The notes under the pieces were generated by a model. It did not search any database, had not been told where the DNA came from, and saw only the letters and a program-made list of their open reading frames with translations. Shown here in pieces: positions 1 through 10,431 of a stretch of DNA of 64,000 bases; within the stretch, counting starts at the first letter, position 1; each line of letters starts with the position of its first letter. The DNA is from a virus: IMG/VR virus record IMGVR_UViG_3300050147_000032; one strand, written 5' to 3'. The position numbers and the translations under genes were made by a program.

Positions 1-232
1 GCTGTGTGTCCTTAGGCATCATTTTCCTTATAAAGATCCATCCCAATCTTCTTCACTGATAATATTGACTTCAACACTACCTTCTGCTATTTTAACAATC
101 TTCGTGCCATCCGGAGTCATCGACATAACCATCTTCAGAAGTTCTGGTTTTGCTTCTTGTCTGCTTTTTGCATACACATTCCCAATCCACCAGTGACCGG
201 TATATGGTTTCTCACAAGAACGATATAGCTTT

Positions 233-1342
233 TCATTGCTTCGATTTGCTTTCTTCGTAAGCACGAAGCTTGTTGATATAGAAATTCAATTTGTATCCTG
301 CAATTTCTCTACCAATAAGTCCATCAGGAATTTCGATAGGTTCAAATGCAAGTTCTTCAAAGATGTAATGAAATTGCCGACGTTCGATATCCGAAAGATT
401 ACAATCAATCAAATCCAGAAGATCTTTACGCTGTTCTACATTCTTTGTATGAAAAACTTTGTACTTGATGCAGAAATCAATCACATCAGTGTACGGGAAC
501 TTGAATCTTTCCATCGATTTACGAGCGCACCCAAGCCACTTCACGTTACTAGAAGCATTGCATTTATCAAAATTTCGACCGAGTCTATCAATAGACACAG
601 ACGCAATTATAACATCAACAGAAACATCTCTACCAATTGATTTGATATAATTTAGCGTATTCTTGATTTCAACAACATCCCATTCTCTAATCAAAACGCC
701 AAATACATCACCAATGAAATCGCAACGAAGAAAAGCATCAAAATCAAGAAGAACCTCAAAGAAGCGATATGCATAAGGTTCCTTCATAGCACGATTGATT
801 TCTTTCCAGAAACGATTAGAATCAATTGTATCAAGTTCTCCGGAAAGAACAATTTCTTTGCATAGTTCGACTGTTTCAGGTGCAATCTTGAAATCGTAAC
901 GAGCAGCGAATCGAGCAATACGAAGAACACGCATCGGATCTTCTTTGAAAGCATCGCTCACATGACGAAGGATACCGTTTTCGATATCAGACATCCCACC
1001 GAATGGGTCGATGATTTGATTATCATCACCAAGAGCCATTGCATTGATGGTCAGATCTCGTCGTTGGAGGTCCTGCTCAAGAGTTACGTCTTCTGTCTGA
1101 ACTTCAAATCCATTATATCCAATCCCAGTCTTCTTTTCTCGACGAGCAAGAGCATATTCTCCATTGAGGTCTGGATGCATATAGACAGGAAATGTAACAC
1201 CGACTTGATCATATCCGTTCTCGATCATCCATTCTGGATTTGCTCCAACAATGACATAATCCATATCTTTGGGATCAATGCCCATCGCCATGTCACGAAC
1301 AGCGCCGCCAACGAGATAAAATTCTGGATCAATGTGTTTCAT
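233..1342 (-). CDS. cca: CCA-adding enzyme (tRNA nucleotidyltransferase)
   Basis: Motifs YLVGGAVRD, PKDMDYV, EYALARREKK, DLQRRDLTINAMA, IDPFGG, EDPMRVLRIARFAAR are typical of class II CCA enzymes. Confidence 0.95.
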   Translation of the reverse strand: MKHIDPEFYLVGGAVRDMAMGIDPKDMDYVIVGANPEWMIENGYDQVGVTFPVYMHPDLNGEYALARREKKTGIGYNGFEVQTEDVTLEQDLQRRDLTINAMALGDDNQIIDPFGGMSDIENGILRHVSDAFKEDPMRVLRIARFAARYDFKIAPETVELCKEIVLSGELDTIDSNRFWKEINRAMKEPYAYRFFEVLLDFDAFLRCDFIGDVFGVLIREWDVVEIKNTLNYIKSIGRDVSVDVIIASVSIDRLGRNFDKCNASSNVKWLGCARKSMERFKFPYTDVIDFCIKYKVFHTKNVEQRKDLLDLIDCNLSDIERRQFHYIFEELAFEPIEIPDGLIGREIAGYKLNFYINKLRAYEESKSKQ

Positions 1343-1586
1343 AAAGAACTTTCTATGTCTTCAATAGATAGATTATACCATCACAGAAATAAACAATCAA
1401 CATCACCGCATGAAATGACGATTCATTTTCTTAATGAAAGATGATGCAATAAAAATCAATCCGATGAAAACGCCGAATATGATTCCAATCAAAAAAGATA
1501 ACATAATTTTCCTTACTTTAAGAGTAGTGTATAAATGCAAATCACAAGAACTAAAACAGAAATGGTCACGATAAAAATCAAATCCA

Positions 1587-2210
1587 TCATAGAATTTCCT
1601 CTCGTTTCAATTTTTCAATCAGCTTCCGACGAACAACCTTCTTGAACCCAGGATTGACTTGATTCACAAGAGGCATCATATCATGTCGAATAAGATTTCG
1701 TGTGAATTTCCGATCTTCGTTTGTTGGATCTTCAAACCATTGTACACCGATCTTCTGAAGGAAGTCAATACAATCTTGCTTCGTGTTCAAAAGAAACGGA
1801 CGAATGCAATTGTCACGTTGATATGGAATCAGATGACCTTCTCCGCATCGAATTGTGTAAAACAGAAATCCTTCTGCAACATCATCAAGTGTATGTCCCA
1901 GAAGAACGGTTCCATTCAGAGAACTTAGAAAAGCATAGCGCTTCTCTCGATAGAACTCTTTAGGTGACTTGCAATTTGGCTTCACTTCATGATTACTCAT
2001 CATGGTGAATTTGAAATTGTGTTCGATTATATGATTCATGAAGAAATGATGTTCATCTTTTTGTACATCATCTCCATGACCGAAGTATGCGATTTCTGGA
2101 TCTAGTCCTTGTGACCGAGCATAATGCAGAAGAGCCAAAGAATCAGCTCCTCCTGAACAAGCCACAAAGATTTTCCCAAGAGGAATATCACGTATGAATT
2201 TCAGATTCAT
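1587..2210 (-). CDS. tilS: tRNA(Ile)-lysidine synthetase, N-terminal catalytic domain only
   Basis: PP-loop ACSGGADS, LLGHTLDDVAEGFL, IRPFL, WFEDPTNED..TRNLIRH. Confidence 0.9.
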   Translation of the reverse strand: MNLKFIRDIPLGKIFVACSGGADSLALLHYARSQGLDPEIAYFGHGDDVQKDEHHFFMNHIIEHNFKFTMMSNHEVKPNCKSPKEFYREKRYAFLSSLNGTVLLGHTLDDVAEGFLFYTIRCGEGHLIPYQRDNCIRPFLLNTKQDCIDFLQKIGVQWFEDPTNEDRKFTRNLIRHDMMPLVNQVNPGFKKVVRRKLIEKLKREEIL

Positions 2211-2572
2211 ACGAACTTGCCATTCAACGAAACTCGAATTCCTGGTTCGATGCCAGCTGCCACGACGATACGATCAGTTTCATAACGGATAAGCACATTT
2301 CCGGCTACATGAACTCCATCATTATACATATCAACAGCATCTTTCAAAGAAAGATCAAGCCAGCATCGGAGTGTTTTAACGCCACTAAGCTTATATCCAG
2401 CCGGAATATGAAATTCCAGTATGTTGTTCTGAGTGATTCGACGCAACTTCAACAAACCAGACAGAAAATCAGTCGTACAATCTTCAATCTTCAAGTTAGA
2501 AAGAGCGTCATGCAAAGCACATGCTTCTTGCTTAGTCAAAGTGTTCATAATGTTCTCTCCAGTGTGTTTCAA
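2207..2572 (-). CDS. Hypothetical protein with a ribosomal L7/L12 C-terminal-like motif
   Basis: KLSGVKTLRCWLDLSLKDAVDM resembles the bL12 CTD pattern KI.VIK.VR..TGLGLKEAKDLV; judged by eye only. Confidence 0.35.
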   Translation of the reverse strand: MKHTGENIMNTLTKQEACALHDALSNLKIEDCTTDFLSGLLKLRRITQNNILEFHIPAGYKLSGVKTLRCWLDLSLKDAVDMYNDGVHVAGNVLIRYETDRIVVAAGIEPGIRVSLNGKFV

Positions 2573-2611
2573 TAAATCAATTATACAAAAACTTCTATGA
2601 AAAGTAAAGAC

Positions 2612-3736
2612 TTATTCGGCATTCTTCTGGAGATCGTTGAAGCCAAATTCTTTGTATTTGCGCTTCATGAAATCCTTATAATCATTGCTTCGACCGATGT
2701 AAAGATTCATCACCAAACCAAAAAGCAAGTCATTGATATCTGCCTTCATCTTGATAGCAAAGTCCTTACGAACAAGATGTTTGTTATCTTCGTATGCTTT
2801 TTCTACAGTATAGACAACATGATTGTAAAGAGTCGATACCTTCTCTTGCATATCATCGATTGTTTTCATTGCAAGAGCATCAGTAGCAAACATCGAACGC
2901 AGATCGTCAACACCTTCATCCAAGATACATTCATAAAGTCGACGAGGATTATTAATCGAATCCTTTGCATGATGCAGACTGATATATTTGTCAGTCTTGA
3001 TCTTCACTCGTTGACCATTTTTCATCACAAAGATGAAACCTTCGATATCATCGAGCATCGAAGGGACTTGCTCGATGAATTCCTTATGAGACAAACCGGA
3101 TTGCATGTTAACTAGTGCGTTCATCCATTCAGAAAACCACAAATCGATGTATCCTTTAAGATTCCAGTCAACTTGAATAACGTCAATAGAATTAAGAACA
3201 ATCAGACGTGGTTCCAAGTAGCCTAATACGATGCGATTCCAAGGAGCAACCCATTCCAAATTGACCGTATTACCGTGAACTTCGGCTGATTTAAGTTTCT
3301 TTTTCAAATCAGCATTTTCTGGTTGATCGAGCCACTTCATTGCATCAATAGCTTGCTCAGAGAACAGAGAACCTTTGCTCTTCAATCGAAGTTCACCGTT
3401 ATGCATGTAAGTCGACATCAATGAGCCATCAGACTTAACTTCAATCCAATCAATCTCATTCAGATCAAGATTCATCGTCATTGGATTCTCATTGATGTTG
3501 AAGAACTTTGGCATAGGCAAAGATGCCAAACGCACACAGTCGCCGTCCTTCGTAACTTCAAACATCGTACCACGACACCACAAAGCACCCGGCAACATGA
3601 AATCGGTATAAGTTGCCAGCCGATAGTTGAAGATCCAGTAGATCTTATCATCCAGCAAGAATTCTTGCTTATAGAAAGCTTCGGTTTCTTTCGTCAGCTT
3701 AACGAGTTGGTCAAACAATTCAATCTGCTTATTCAT
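2612..3736 (-). CDS. rnlA: RNA ligase 1 (T4 Rnl1/gp63-like)
   Basis: IFNYRLATY, CRGTMFE, MPKFFNINEN, motif I EVKSDGSL, EGFIF, KIKTDKY. Start moved to the ATG at 3736 behind a GGAG RBS. Confidence 0.92.
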   Translation of the reverse strand: MNKQIELFDQLVKLTKETEAFYKQEFLLDDKIYWIFNYRLATYTDFMLPGALWCRGTMFEVTKDGDCVRLASLPMPKFFNINENPMTMNLDLNEIDWIEVKSDGSLMSTYMHNGELRLKSKGSLFSEQAIDAMKWLDQPENADLKKKLKSAEVHGNTVNLEWVAPWNRIVLGYLEPRLIVLNSIDVIQVDWNLKGYIDLWFSEWMNALVNMQSGLSHKEFIEQVPSMLDDIEGFIFVMKNGQRVKIKTDKYISLHHAKDSINNPRRLYECILDEGVDDLRSMFATDALAMKTIDDMQEKVSTLYNHVVYTVEKAYEDNKHLVRKDFAIKMKADINDLLFGLVMNLYIGRSNDYKDFMKRKYKEFGFNDLQKNAE

Positions 3737-3769
3737 AACAATCTCCGTTATCACAATAAAGTGATTATA
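3734..3769 (-). promoter_or_regulatory. 36-bp promoter/leader/RBS cassette, copy 1
   Basis: On the minus strand TATAATCACTTTATTGTGATAACGGAGATTGTTATG; identical to 4809-4844. Confidence 0.8.
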
Positions 3770-3788
3770 AATGGATTTCTTAAAGAAG

Positions 3789-4085
3789 TCAATCTTCTTC
3801 GAAAATTTCAATCAATTCAGACGCTCGTTTCTTCGAGAATTCTTCTTCAATCCATCGATCTTGCTGTTTGATAAAGCTTGTATACTCATCTGCGAAAACG
3901 AAAATTGGAGTATCATTCGTCATCCAGTTATAATGAGCAAAGATCTTACCATAAAGAAGCAGAGAAGAATTTTCCGACAAAATCACTTCTGAAACGACAT
4001 GATTAGGAATACGAAGTACATCATTGAGTTGATGTAGGATACGTCCCAGAGAACGACCAGAATTTGCATATTGATAGTAGCTCAT
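3789..4085 (-). CDS. Hypothetical protein
   Basis: 98-aa ORF co-oriented with neighbouring genes. Confidence 0.6.
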   Translation of the reverse strand: MSYYQYANSGRSLGRILHQLNDVLRIPNHVVSEVILSENSSLLLYGKIFAHYNWMTNDTPIFVFADEYTSFIKQQDRWIEEEFSKKRASELIEIFEED

Positions 4086-4087
4086 GA

Positions 4088-4357
4088 TTATTCCAGTCCC
4101 AAGACAGCTCGATCTTCTTTGGACAACTTAGAAAGTGCCTTCAGTCGTTTTTGTTGATTCAAAAACATATCAACATCTTCTGGAGTCTCACAAATCAAAA
4201 GAGTCTTTGATGTGAATGAACTATCCAGATATGATGGACACTTGCTAACCCAATGATTAGCAGCATACATCGTTGAGCAGTAGCCAATCGTATAAGATGT
4301 GATGCCAACACCATCAGCTTCTTTGATTTCGCAGTATTCAAGTTTAATTTCTCGCAT
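4088..4357 (-). CDS. Hypothetical protein
   Basis: 89-aa ORF with GGAG RBS, tightly packed with neighbours. Confidence 0.65.
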   Translation of the reverse strand: MREIKLEYCEIKEADGVGITSYTIGYCSTMYAANHWVSKCPSYLDSSFTSKTLLICETPEDVDMFLNQQKRLKALSKLSKEDRAVLGLE

Positions 4358-4367
4358 AAAGATCTCC

Positions 4368-4811
4368 TTAAAATTTCATAAACATACCACAGATCGCATT
4401 CCCGCAATTAGCTGTCCCTGTCTTATTCAGACTCGAATTCCTGATCAAATCAAATATAAAAGACATAGCCGAACTATTATCTTTACACTGCATATCAAAC
4501 AAAGCTTTGTTCTCAGGAGTAACCAAAGATTTCATTTCTTCAAGTGTCAAAGTATTTTTGTTGATAACGGCAATATTTTTGTCGTATTGTTTCTGGCAAG
4601 CAAAACCAAATTCTTCTTCGGTCATTGGTTTGATATTTCTTTCCAATGCAATCGCAAAAGCAGCATTGAAAGCTTTCTTCGAAGAATATGCAAGCTTTGC
4701 ATAGCCAGAATGATATCCAACGAGATATTTTCCTTCTGTTTCTTTTGCAAAAGAAACGTGCTGAGCACCAGTCATTTCTTTTGCTGTCAATACAATAATA
4801 TGCTTGGCCAT
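4368..4811 (-). CDS. Hypothetical protein
   Basis: ORF starting at the ATG of the repeated promoter/RBS cassette. Confidence 0.65.
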   Translation of the reverse strand: MAKHIIVLTAKEMTGAQHVSFAKETEGKYLVGYHSGYAKLAYSSKKAFNAAFAIALERNIKPMTEEEFGFACQKQYDKNIAVINKNTLTLEEMKSLVTPENKALFDMQCKDNSSAMSFIFDLIRNSSLNKTGTANCGNAICGMFMKF

Positions 4812-4844
4812 AACAATCTCCGTTATCACAATAAAGTGATTATA
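4809..4844 (-). promoter_or_regulatory. 36-bp promoter/leader/RBS cassette, copy 2
   Basis: Identical to 3734-3769; contains TATAAT and GGAG. Confidence 0.8.
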
Positions 4845-4893
4845 CAATCAAAGATTCAAACAATCAACTAAAGACATTACATAGAACTAGGAA

Positions 4894-5631
4894 TTAAAGA
4901 AGTTCAGACCATCCATTGTTCGTTACATCTCCAGATTCTGTCGCATCCCAAGAGTGCATCTCAGAAAGCGTATCCATGGAAGAGCCAAGTTTGACTCTTG
5001 TATGAAGAATTGTGTTTCCACCTGTCTTAGCAGGACCAAGAAGTTCTGCTTTAGCAACGAATTCTAAGATGTATGTAACTGTTCTTTTTGTTTCAAAAGG
5101 ACCATCGTAGCTATCTTCCATCGAGACACCTTGAAGAACAAATGGAATGTCTTGATTGATTCCAACTTCAGGAAACATCTCTACGGTGACTGTATATCCA
5201 GGAGTAAAGAAAGGAAGAATCTGCTCAACAATCTGTAAAGCATCACCTTGTGTCTTTGAAACAACATACAATTTGAAAGACAAAGTATAAGGAACTGGTG
5301 AATATGCTGTTGTTATCTCATCAAGTTTTCCAGAAAGATTTCCAGAAAACTGTGTCATCGTCTGTAATTTTCTTGACGCATCATATTGAAACCCATCCAA
5401 CTCAAATCCAATTCTTGGAAGCGTGATTTGAGTCTTACCTGATAGGTTTGGATCTTCTTGTATTCTTGCTATCCATTTTTCCCTGGATCCAGGAGCAACA
5501 GGAACTTTGATAAGCTGAACTACATTTCCGCCCGAATCTTTACGCTCGAATTGAAGATCTGTAAAAAGACGACCGAAGGCGATTAAAATTGTTCGTATTG
5601 ATGAATGATAAAATGGCGATTCTGAAAGCAT
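4894..5631 (-). CDS. gp15: Tail sheath stabilizer / tail completion protein (T4 gp15-like)
   Basis: FYHSSIR...FGRLF, VPVAPGSREKW, TLPRIGFE, YSPVPY, LQIVEQILPFFTP match the T4 gp15 pattern. Confidence 0.88.
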   Translation of the reverse strand: MLSESPFYHSSIRTILIAFGRLFTDLQFERKDSGGNVVQLIKVPVAPGSREKWIARIQEDPNLSGKTQITLPRIGFELDGFQYDASRKLQTMTQFSGNLSGKLDEITTAYSPVPYTLSFKLYVVSKTQGDALQIVEQILPFFTPGYTVTVEMFPEVGINQDIPFVLQGVSMEDSYDGPFETKRTVTYILEFVAKAELLGPAKTGGNTILHTRVKLGSSMDTLSEMHSWDATESGDVTNNGWSELL

Positions 5632-5685
5632 AATAGGAAGTTCTCGTTTAAAGTAACTTCCTATTTAAAATTGAAAAGTGAGCTA

Positions 5686-6030
5686 TCAGAAGATAGGCAA
5701 CTTATATGCTTCTGTCATGAAGTAAAATCCAACAGTAACGATCGCCAATACAACCCACATCTTAGGTTTCACAAAACAAAAAATGATCAGAAGCCCATAT
5801 ACACAAGCAAAAACTTGAGAGAAGTGTTTCCAAATCATGTAATCAGTGAAAGCTGGGATCGAAAACAAAAGCATCAAGAAATAGTAGACAGATTGTCTCG
5901 TCTGAGATTGATCCGTTGAAATCAAACCATAGATTGGATTCTGTGTGAGATTAGCAGCAATGATGTCTGGATTTAGTGGGCTGTCTACTTCCACATAATC
6001 ATTGCCAACTTTCTTATAGACTTTTGCCAT
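5686..6030 (-). CDS. Hypothetical membrane protein
   Basis: Hydrophobic C-terminal half in a 114-aa ORF. Confidence 0.55.
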   Translation of the reverse strand: MAKVYKKVGNDYVEVDSPLNPDIIAANLTQNPIYGLISTDQSQTRQSVYYFLMLLFSIPAFTDYMIWKHFSQVFACVYGLLIIFCFVKPKMWVVLAIVTVGFYFMTEAYKLPIF

Positions 6031-6084
6031 TTCTGTCTCCTTGGACTTCCAATGATTGGAGTTTACAAGAAAGTTTCAAAGAAG

Positions 6085-7797
6085 TCAACTTAAATCTTCT
6101 AACCTCGAGAATCCATCCGATCTCTTATCTACATGATAGCAACGATCAAAATAAACAGGATCTGCTCCTCTGTGTGTGATGATCAGGGTGTTGGTTCCAT
6201 CTTGTTCACGGAGAATTTCAAGGAAACTTTGGATAGAATCATCATCCAAAGAACGATCGCAAGTTTCATCGAAGATCAAAAGATTTGTTGATACAGAATT
6301 CTTTCTTCGTGCAATGTCTCTCCATGTGAAAAGTATCGCGGTATCAATTCTTGCTTTTTCTCCCTCTGAGAAAGAGTCGTATGTAAATGCATCGCGATGT
6401 CTGCTCTTTATGGTTTCGCTGAAATTCTCATCCAATTCGAAGTTAACAAACAAATCAAAAGATTCCAGATAATGATTGATTCGATCATTTATCATGGGAA
6501 TGAACGTTGATATAATCTTAGATTTGATTCCTGTATCTTTAAGAATTGTAGCACAAACATTAATGTAATCCAGGTCTTCCAACAAAATAATCTTCTGAAC
6601 CATATTTGTTCTGAGTTCATCTGAAACTTGATTGCTTTGTTTGATCACCTTATCGGAATCATTCTCTCGGTTCAACTCTCGGTTCACGTTTGTCAGCAGC
6701 GATTCTTTTGCTCTGAGATCTGATTGTAGTTCAAGCAATTTGTTGGTTGCTTTATGCAATGCGTCTGCAAAAGAATCAAATTCTTCTATCTTTTTATTGA
6801 ATTCTTCTATCGTAGAATAAATTTCTTTGGAAAGTTTCATCGTATCTGAAACAATCTGTTTTTCTTTCGAAACAATCGAATGCTTATGATCAGCTGTAAT
6901 TTCTTGATTGCATGTTGAACACATGTCATTCGATTCGAAAAACTTCATCGTAGACTTCGACCTGGAAATTGTATCCAAATATCCTCGAAGTTCATTCTGA
7001 GAATCCAAATGAGATTTTCTAATCTTAGATTCATCTGCTGTTTTCTCGATCAACTGGGAGACAATCTTATTGTATTGATCAATCCGACTATTAATTTCAG
7101 TCTTCTCTTTTTCTAGCGAATCTATCTGATCTTTGAATTCTGTTTTCTTCCTTGATTCGGATTCTTGCATCTCGGATAGAATTTTATTCAGTCTCCCTAA
7201 TTCAGAATTCTTTGCATCAACAAGAGTAGAGATCAAATCAACATCTTTTTTCATCTTCTTCAGAAGTTCTTTTACTTTAAGATCCATTCTAGAGAAGACT
7301 GCGATATCAAGTAGTTCTTCAATCATGTTACGTCTTTCACTCGAACTAAGAGACATGAATTGTGTATATGCTGTTGATCCAATAACACAAACTTGCTTGA
7401 ATGTCTTATAACCAAAACCAAGAATAGATTCTTCTAAGAACTTTTGATAGTCTCTGGATGCTGCTTCTTCTGGTATCATCTCCCCATTCTTGTAAATTTC
7501 AAAGATAGCCGGTTTCATCCCTCTGATGACTTTGAATGTATCTTGATTGGATGTGAATGATATCGTTGTTAACATCCCTTTGCCATTGATAGAATTAATC
7601 AGCTGCGCTAACTTGATGTTTCTGTAAGGCTTACCAAAAAGACAATATGTCAATGCTTCAAGAATCGTTGACTTACCATTTCCAGATTTACCTCGCATCA
7701 TCGAAATTTGATTTTCTGATAGATCAATCTCAAATCCACCAGAACCAAAAGACATGATGTTCTTACCTGTTAAGACTCCAAAATTAAGCATTATCAT
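6085..7797 (-). CDS. gp46: Recombination endonuclease ATPase subunit (Rad50/SbcC-like, T4 gp46)
   Basis: KNIMSFG, Walker A GKSGNGKST, CSTC zinc hook in a coiled coil, signature FSEGEKARID, LLIFDE. Confidence 0.97.
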   Translation of the reverse strand: MIMLNFGVLTGKNIMSFGSGGFEIDLSENQISMMRGKSGNGKSTILEALTYCLFGKPYRNIKLAQLINSINGKGMLTTISFTSNQDTFKVIRGMKPAIFEIYKNGEMIPEEAASRDYQKFLEESILGFGYKTFKQVCVIGSTAYTQFMSLSSSERRNMIEELLDIAVFSRMDLKVKELLKKMKKDVDLISTLVDAKNSELGRLNKILSEMQESESRKKTEFKDQIDSLEKEKTEINSRIDQYNKIVSQLIEKTADESKIRKSHLDSQNELRGYLDTISRSKSTMKFFESNDMCSTCNQEITADHKHSIVSKEKQIVSDTMKLSKEIYSTIEEFNKKIEEFDSFADALHKATNKLLELQSDLRAKESLLTNVNRELNRENDSDKVIKQSNQVSDELRTNMVQKIILLEDLDYINVCATILKDTGIKSKIISTFIPMINDRINHYLESFDLFVNFELDENFSETIKSRHRDAFTYDSFSEGEKARIDTAILFTWRDIARRKNSVSTNLLIFDETCDRSLDDDSIQSFLEILREQDGTNTLIITHRGADPVYFDRCYHVDKRSDGFSRLEDLS

Positions 7798-8800
7798 CTC
7801 CCATCACAGCTTGATAGATACCAGACATGATGTTCTTCAATCTATCTTTATCAAGATTTGTTTCCGTTTCATCAATGAAATCGAAGATAAATTCTTCTGT
7901 AGATTTGATCTTATCCATGTTCACAGATGATGCATATGTTACTTGAGTCTTTTCTTGAAATTTTATATCATGTGGATTAAAAGCAAGGAGTTTTTCTTTC
8001 CAATTCTCGATAGCTTTTTTATCAGATAGATCTTCTATGATTCCTCTGATAAATTTCTTTGATACATCTCTTACTTCAGGAAACCGAATAAATTCATGAA
8101 AAGTATGGCTGTTCGGTTCAAACCGTATTGTATCTTCTCCAATGACATAAAATCCCTTTTCATCGTTAGCATCAATCCACGTTGTTTCATATGGTGTTCC
8201 TGTATAGATTACGTTGTCTTTCTCAGACTTTGTATGAAAATGTCCAGAGAAGATCTTCTTGAATTTTCCATAGCTAACATGGTCATGCTTTGTTTTTGCG
8301 ACAGATCCCTTATGCATGGGAAATCCATTGAATTCAAAGTGACCACATAGATATGAAGCTTTAGATTTCTTGATTGCCTTTTCTACATCTTCTTTATTTG
8401 ATTTTGCTATCCAAGGAACCAGAAGAAAGGTCTTACCATCAATAGCAACTTCTGTAGGTTTATCAATTACGTTGAATGTATCAGACCATTCAGATAAAAC
8501 TAGATTTGGCGTGTTCACTTCTAGTGATTCTCTATAGTGTATGTCATGATTCCCTATGATGACATGAACCAGAAGTTTTCTGTCAACACATTCTTTGACA
8601 AACTTTTCTTTGAACCATGAAAGACACCAAGTATCAACATGCTTACGCACATCAAACATGTCACCGAGTTGAATAAATTCACGAATGTCGTTATCATCTA
8701 CGAACTGAAAGAAATCTTTCAGCCAGAGAGAGAAATATTCATGATATAGCTTGTTGCCGGATCTTGCCCCGACATGCATATCTCCAACTATCGGGATCAT
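7784..8800 (-). CDS. gp47: Recombination endonuclease nuclease subunit (Mre11/SbcD-like, T4 gp47)
   Basis: GDMHVG, QLGDMFD, IGNHD, GHFE, SGHFH, YTGTPYE; adjacent to gp46. Confidence 0.96.
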   Translation of the reverse strand: MIPIVGDMHVGARSGNKLYHEYFSLWLKDFFQFVDDNDIREFIQLGDMFDVRKHVDTWCLSWFKEKFVKECVDRKLLVHVIIGNHDIHYRESLEVNTPNLVLSEWSDTFNVIDKPTEVAIDGKTFLLVPWIAKSNKEDVEKAIKKSKASYLCGHFEFNGFPMHKGSVAKTKHDHVSYGKFKKIFSGHFHTKSEKDNVIYTGTPYETTWIDANDEKGFYVIGEDTIRFEPNSHTFHEFIRFPEVRDVSKKFIRGIIEDLSDKKAIENWKEKLLAFNPHDIKFQEKTQVTYASSVNMDKIKSTEEFIFDFIDETETNLDKDRLKNIMSGIYQAVMGDDNA

Positions 8801-9381
8801 TCTTCTACGTCTTCTAAATCAAACGAATCAAAGATTTCATCCTCTTCGAGGAAATCGGACAATGGACCTCTTTGTTCCTTCAACTTCTTTTCTTTCTTTG
8901 TGTGAGAATTATCTATCCCATTCTTCTTTTCGTATTCGTCAACGTCAAAATATGGAACAGCAAATCCTTCAGATTGAACATCAACATCTTTATCATACTC
9001 CAGAGAGTCGAATGTTGCGGATGAATTATAGAAAGTTTTTGCTTTGATATAGCTTTGCTTTTCTTCTTCCTTGATGACGTTCAAGAACTCTCTCCAGATG
9101 ACTCTCGAGTAATACCCAAAGGGATTGTCTGACTTTGTTGGATCGAAGTAGTGAGCCTTCTTGATGCAAGAATAATTTGCTCTGGACTTCATTTCGTCCA
9201 AGAATGAGTAGCCATTGAAGTTAGGTCTTCGTGCTATTCCATCTGTTATCATCATGAACTTCTTCATCAATGAATTCGATAGAGATGGTTTATCTATTCC
9301 TTCCTCTTTTGCTTTCAAAACAGCTAGTCTGTACTCAAGAATTTCCGCTAACATTTCTTCTTTGTTGATGTAATCTGCCAT
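8797..9381 (-). CDS. gp55: Late-transcription sigma factor (T4 gp55)
   Basis: YINKEEML, IARRPNFNGYSFLDEM, FDPTKSDNPFGYYS; adjacent to gp47. Confidence 0.92.
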   Translation of the reverse strand: MADYINKEEMLAEILEYRLAVLKAKEEGIDKPSLSNSLMKKFMMITDGIARRPNFNGYSFLDEMKSRANYSCIKKAHYFDPTKSDNPFGYYSRVIWREFLNVIKEEEKQSYIKAKTFYNSSATFDSLEYDKDVDVQSEGFAVPYFDVDEYEKKNGIDNSHTKKEKKLKEQRGPLSDFLEEDEIFDSFDLEDVEE

Positions 9382-10044
9382 ACTTCCTCTACATTGTTAT
9401 TATTCTTATAAAACCATTCTACATTCATACATTCATCAAGTCAAGATCTTTTTACAAAATATTTTCATCTATCTTTACAGAAAGAGCTTGACATAGAAGA
9501 CACACTCATATAAACTATAAATCAAGGACTTCCTCCTTTAGTGAATGGACCACGTCTCGGTTGCTGGAAAGAAAAGAGATGATAGACAGATGATCAAAGT
9601 TCTGCAGAAGACATAAAATCTTCGCACCCTGTTCGAGAGTGAATGCAATACACTCTCACACGCACCCGCAGGAACAATCAGCTAATCTCTGATTGATGAA
9701 ACAGGCTCTATTGGTGATATTAGTCACAGTTGGCAATCTGTGTCCGCAAGGAATAAAAATGCGCCTGATAATGTGTTTAAAGCGATTCAAGAAAGTATCC
9801 ATAGAATAATAAGAACATCATGGCTTTCGTTTAATCATAACGATTTTTGCAACAATTCTATTCAGCATTTCTTTCTTCAGAAGGTCTTAAAGAACTTTTT
9901 CTTTTATTCCTTTAACGTTATAGGTGTCTTTATCACCATGACGGGTGCGTGCTATGGGAAATCTACTTATAAGAAAGATTAGCACTTGACAAAGAATGAT
10001 TATCAGTGTTAGAGTAGATGTAAGATTATTTCATAAGGAATGAT

Positions 10045-10341
10045 ATGCATGTTGGTATGTTGATGCCTATTCGTCAGAGTCTCTACAATTCTGTAATGAA
10101 AGAAGAACGACCAGAGACGAAACGTAAGATGAGTAGGCAAGCTAGATCAAGAGCAGCTGTTGATGCTTCTATTGCATCTGGTAAAGTTGTTCTTTCAGAT
10201 GAAGTTATTCTGGCTGTTCGTCGATCAAAAGAGATCGAAGGAAAGAAGAGAGCAGATATCATAGAAGAATTTAAGATTACGAAAGATCAATACAACACCA
10301 TCACACAATATGCAACTCGAAGTCACTTGGTTCCGGTTTAA
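10045..10341 (+). CDS. Hypothetical protein
   Basis: 98-aa ORF after TTGACA-type promoter and AAGGA RBS. Confidence 0.6.
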   Translation: MHVGMLMPIRQSLYNSVMKEERPETKRKMSRQARSRAAVDASIASGKVVLSDEVILAVRRSKEIEGKKRADIIEEFKITKDQYNTITQYATRSHLVPV

Positions 10342-10431
10342 TCTTTACCAGATCAACGTCAGTTGCATTTGTTTGGTTTGGATGTATCAATGTAGTCGAA
10401 TGCAGAAAATAACAATACAGAAAGGTTTATA

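Noticed and set aside
5650-5670. T4-type late promoter upstream of gp15
   Set aside because: The minus strand reads TTAAATA rather than TATAAATA; plausible but not supportable from a single site.
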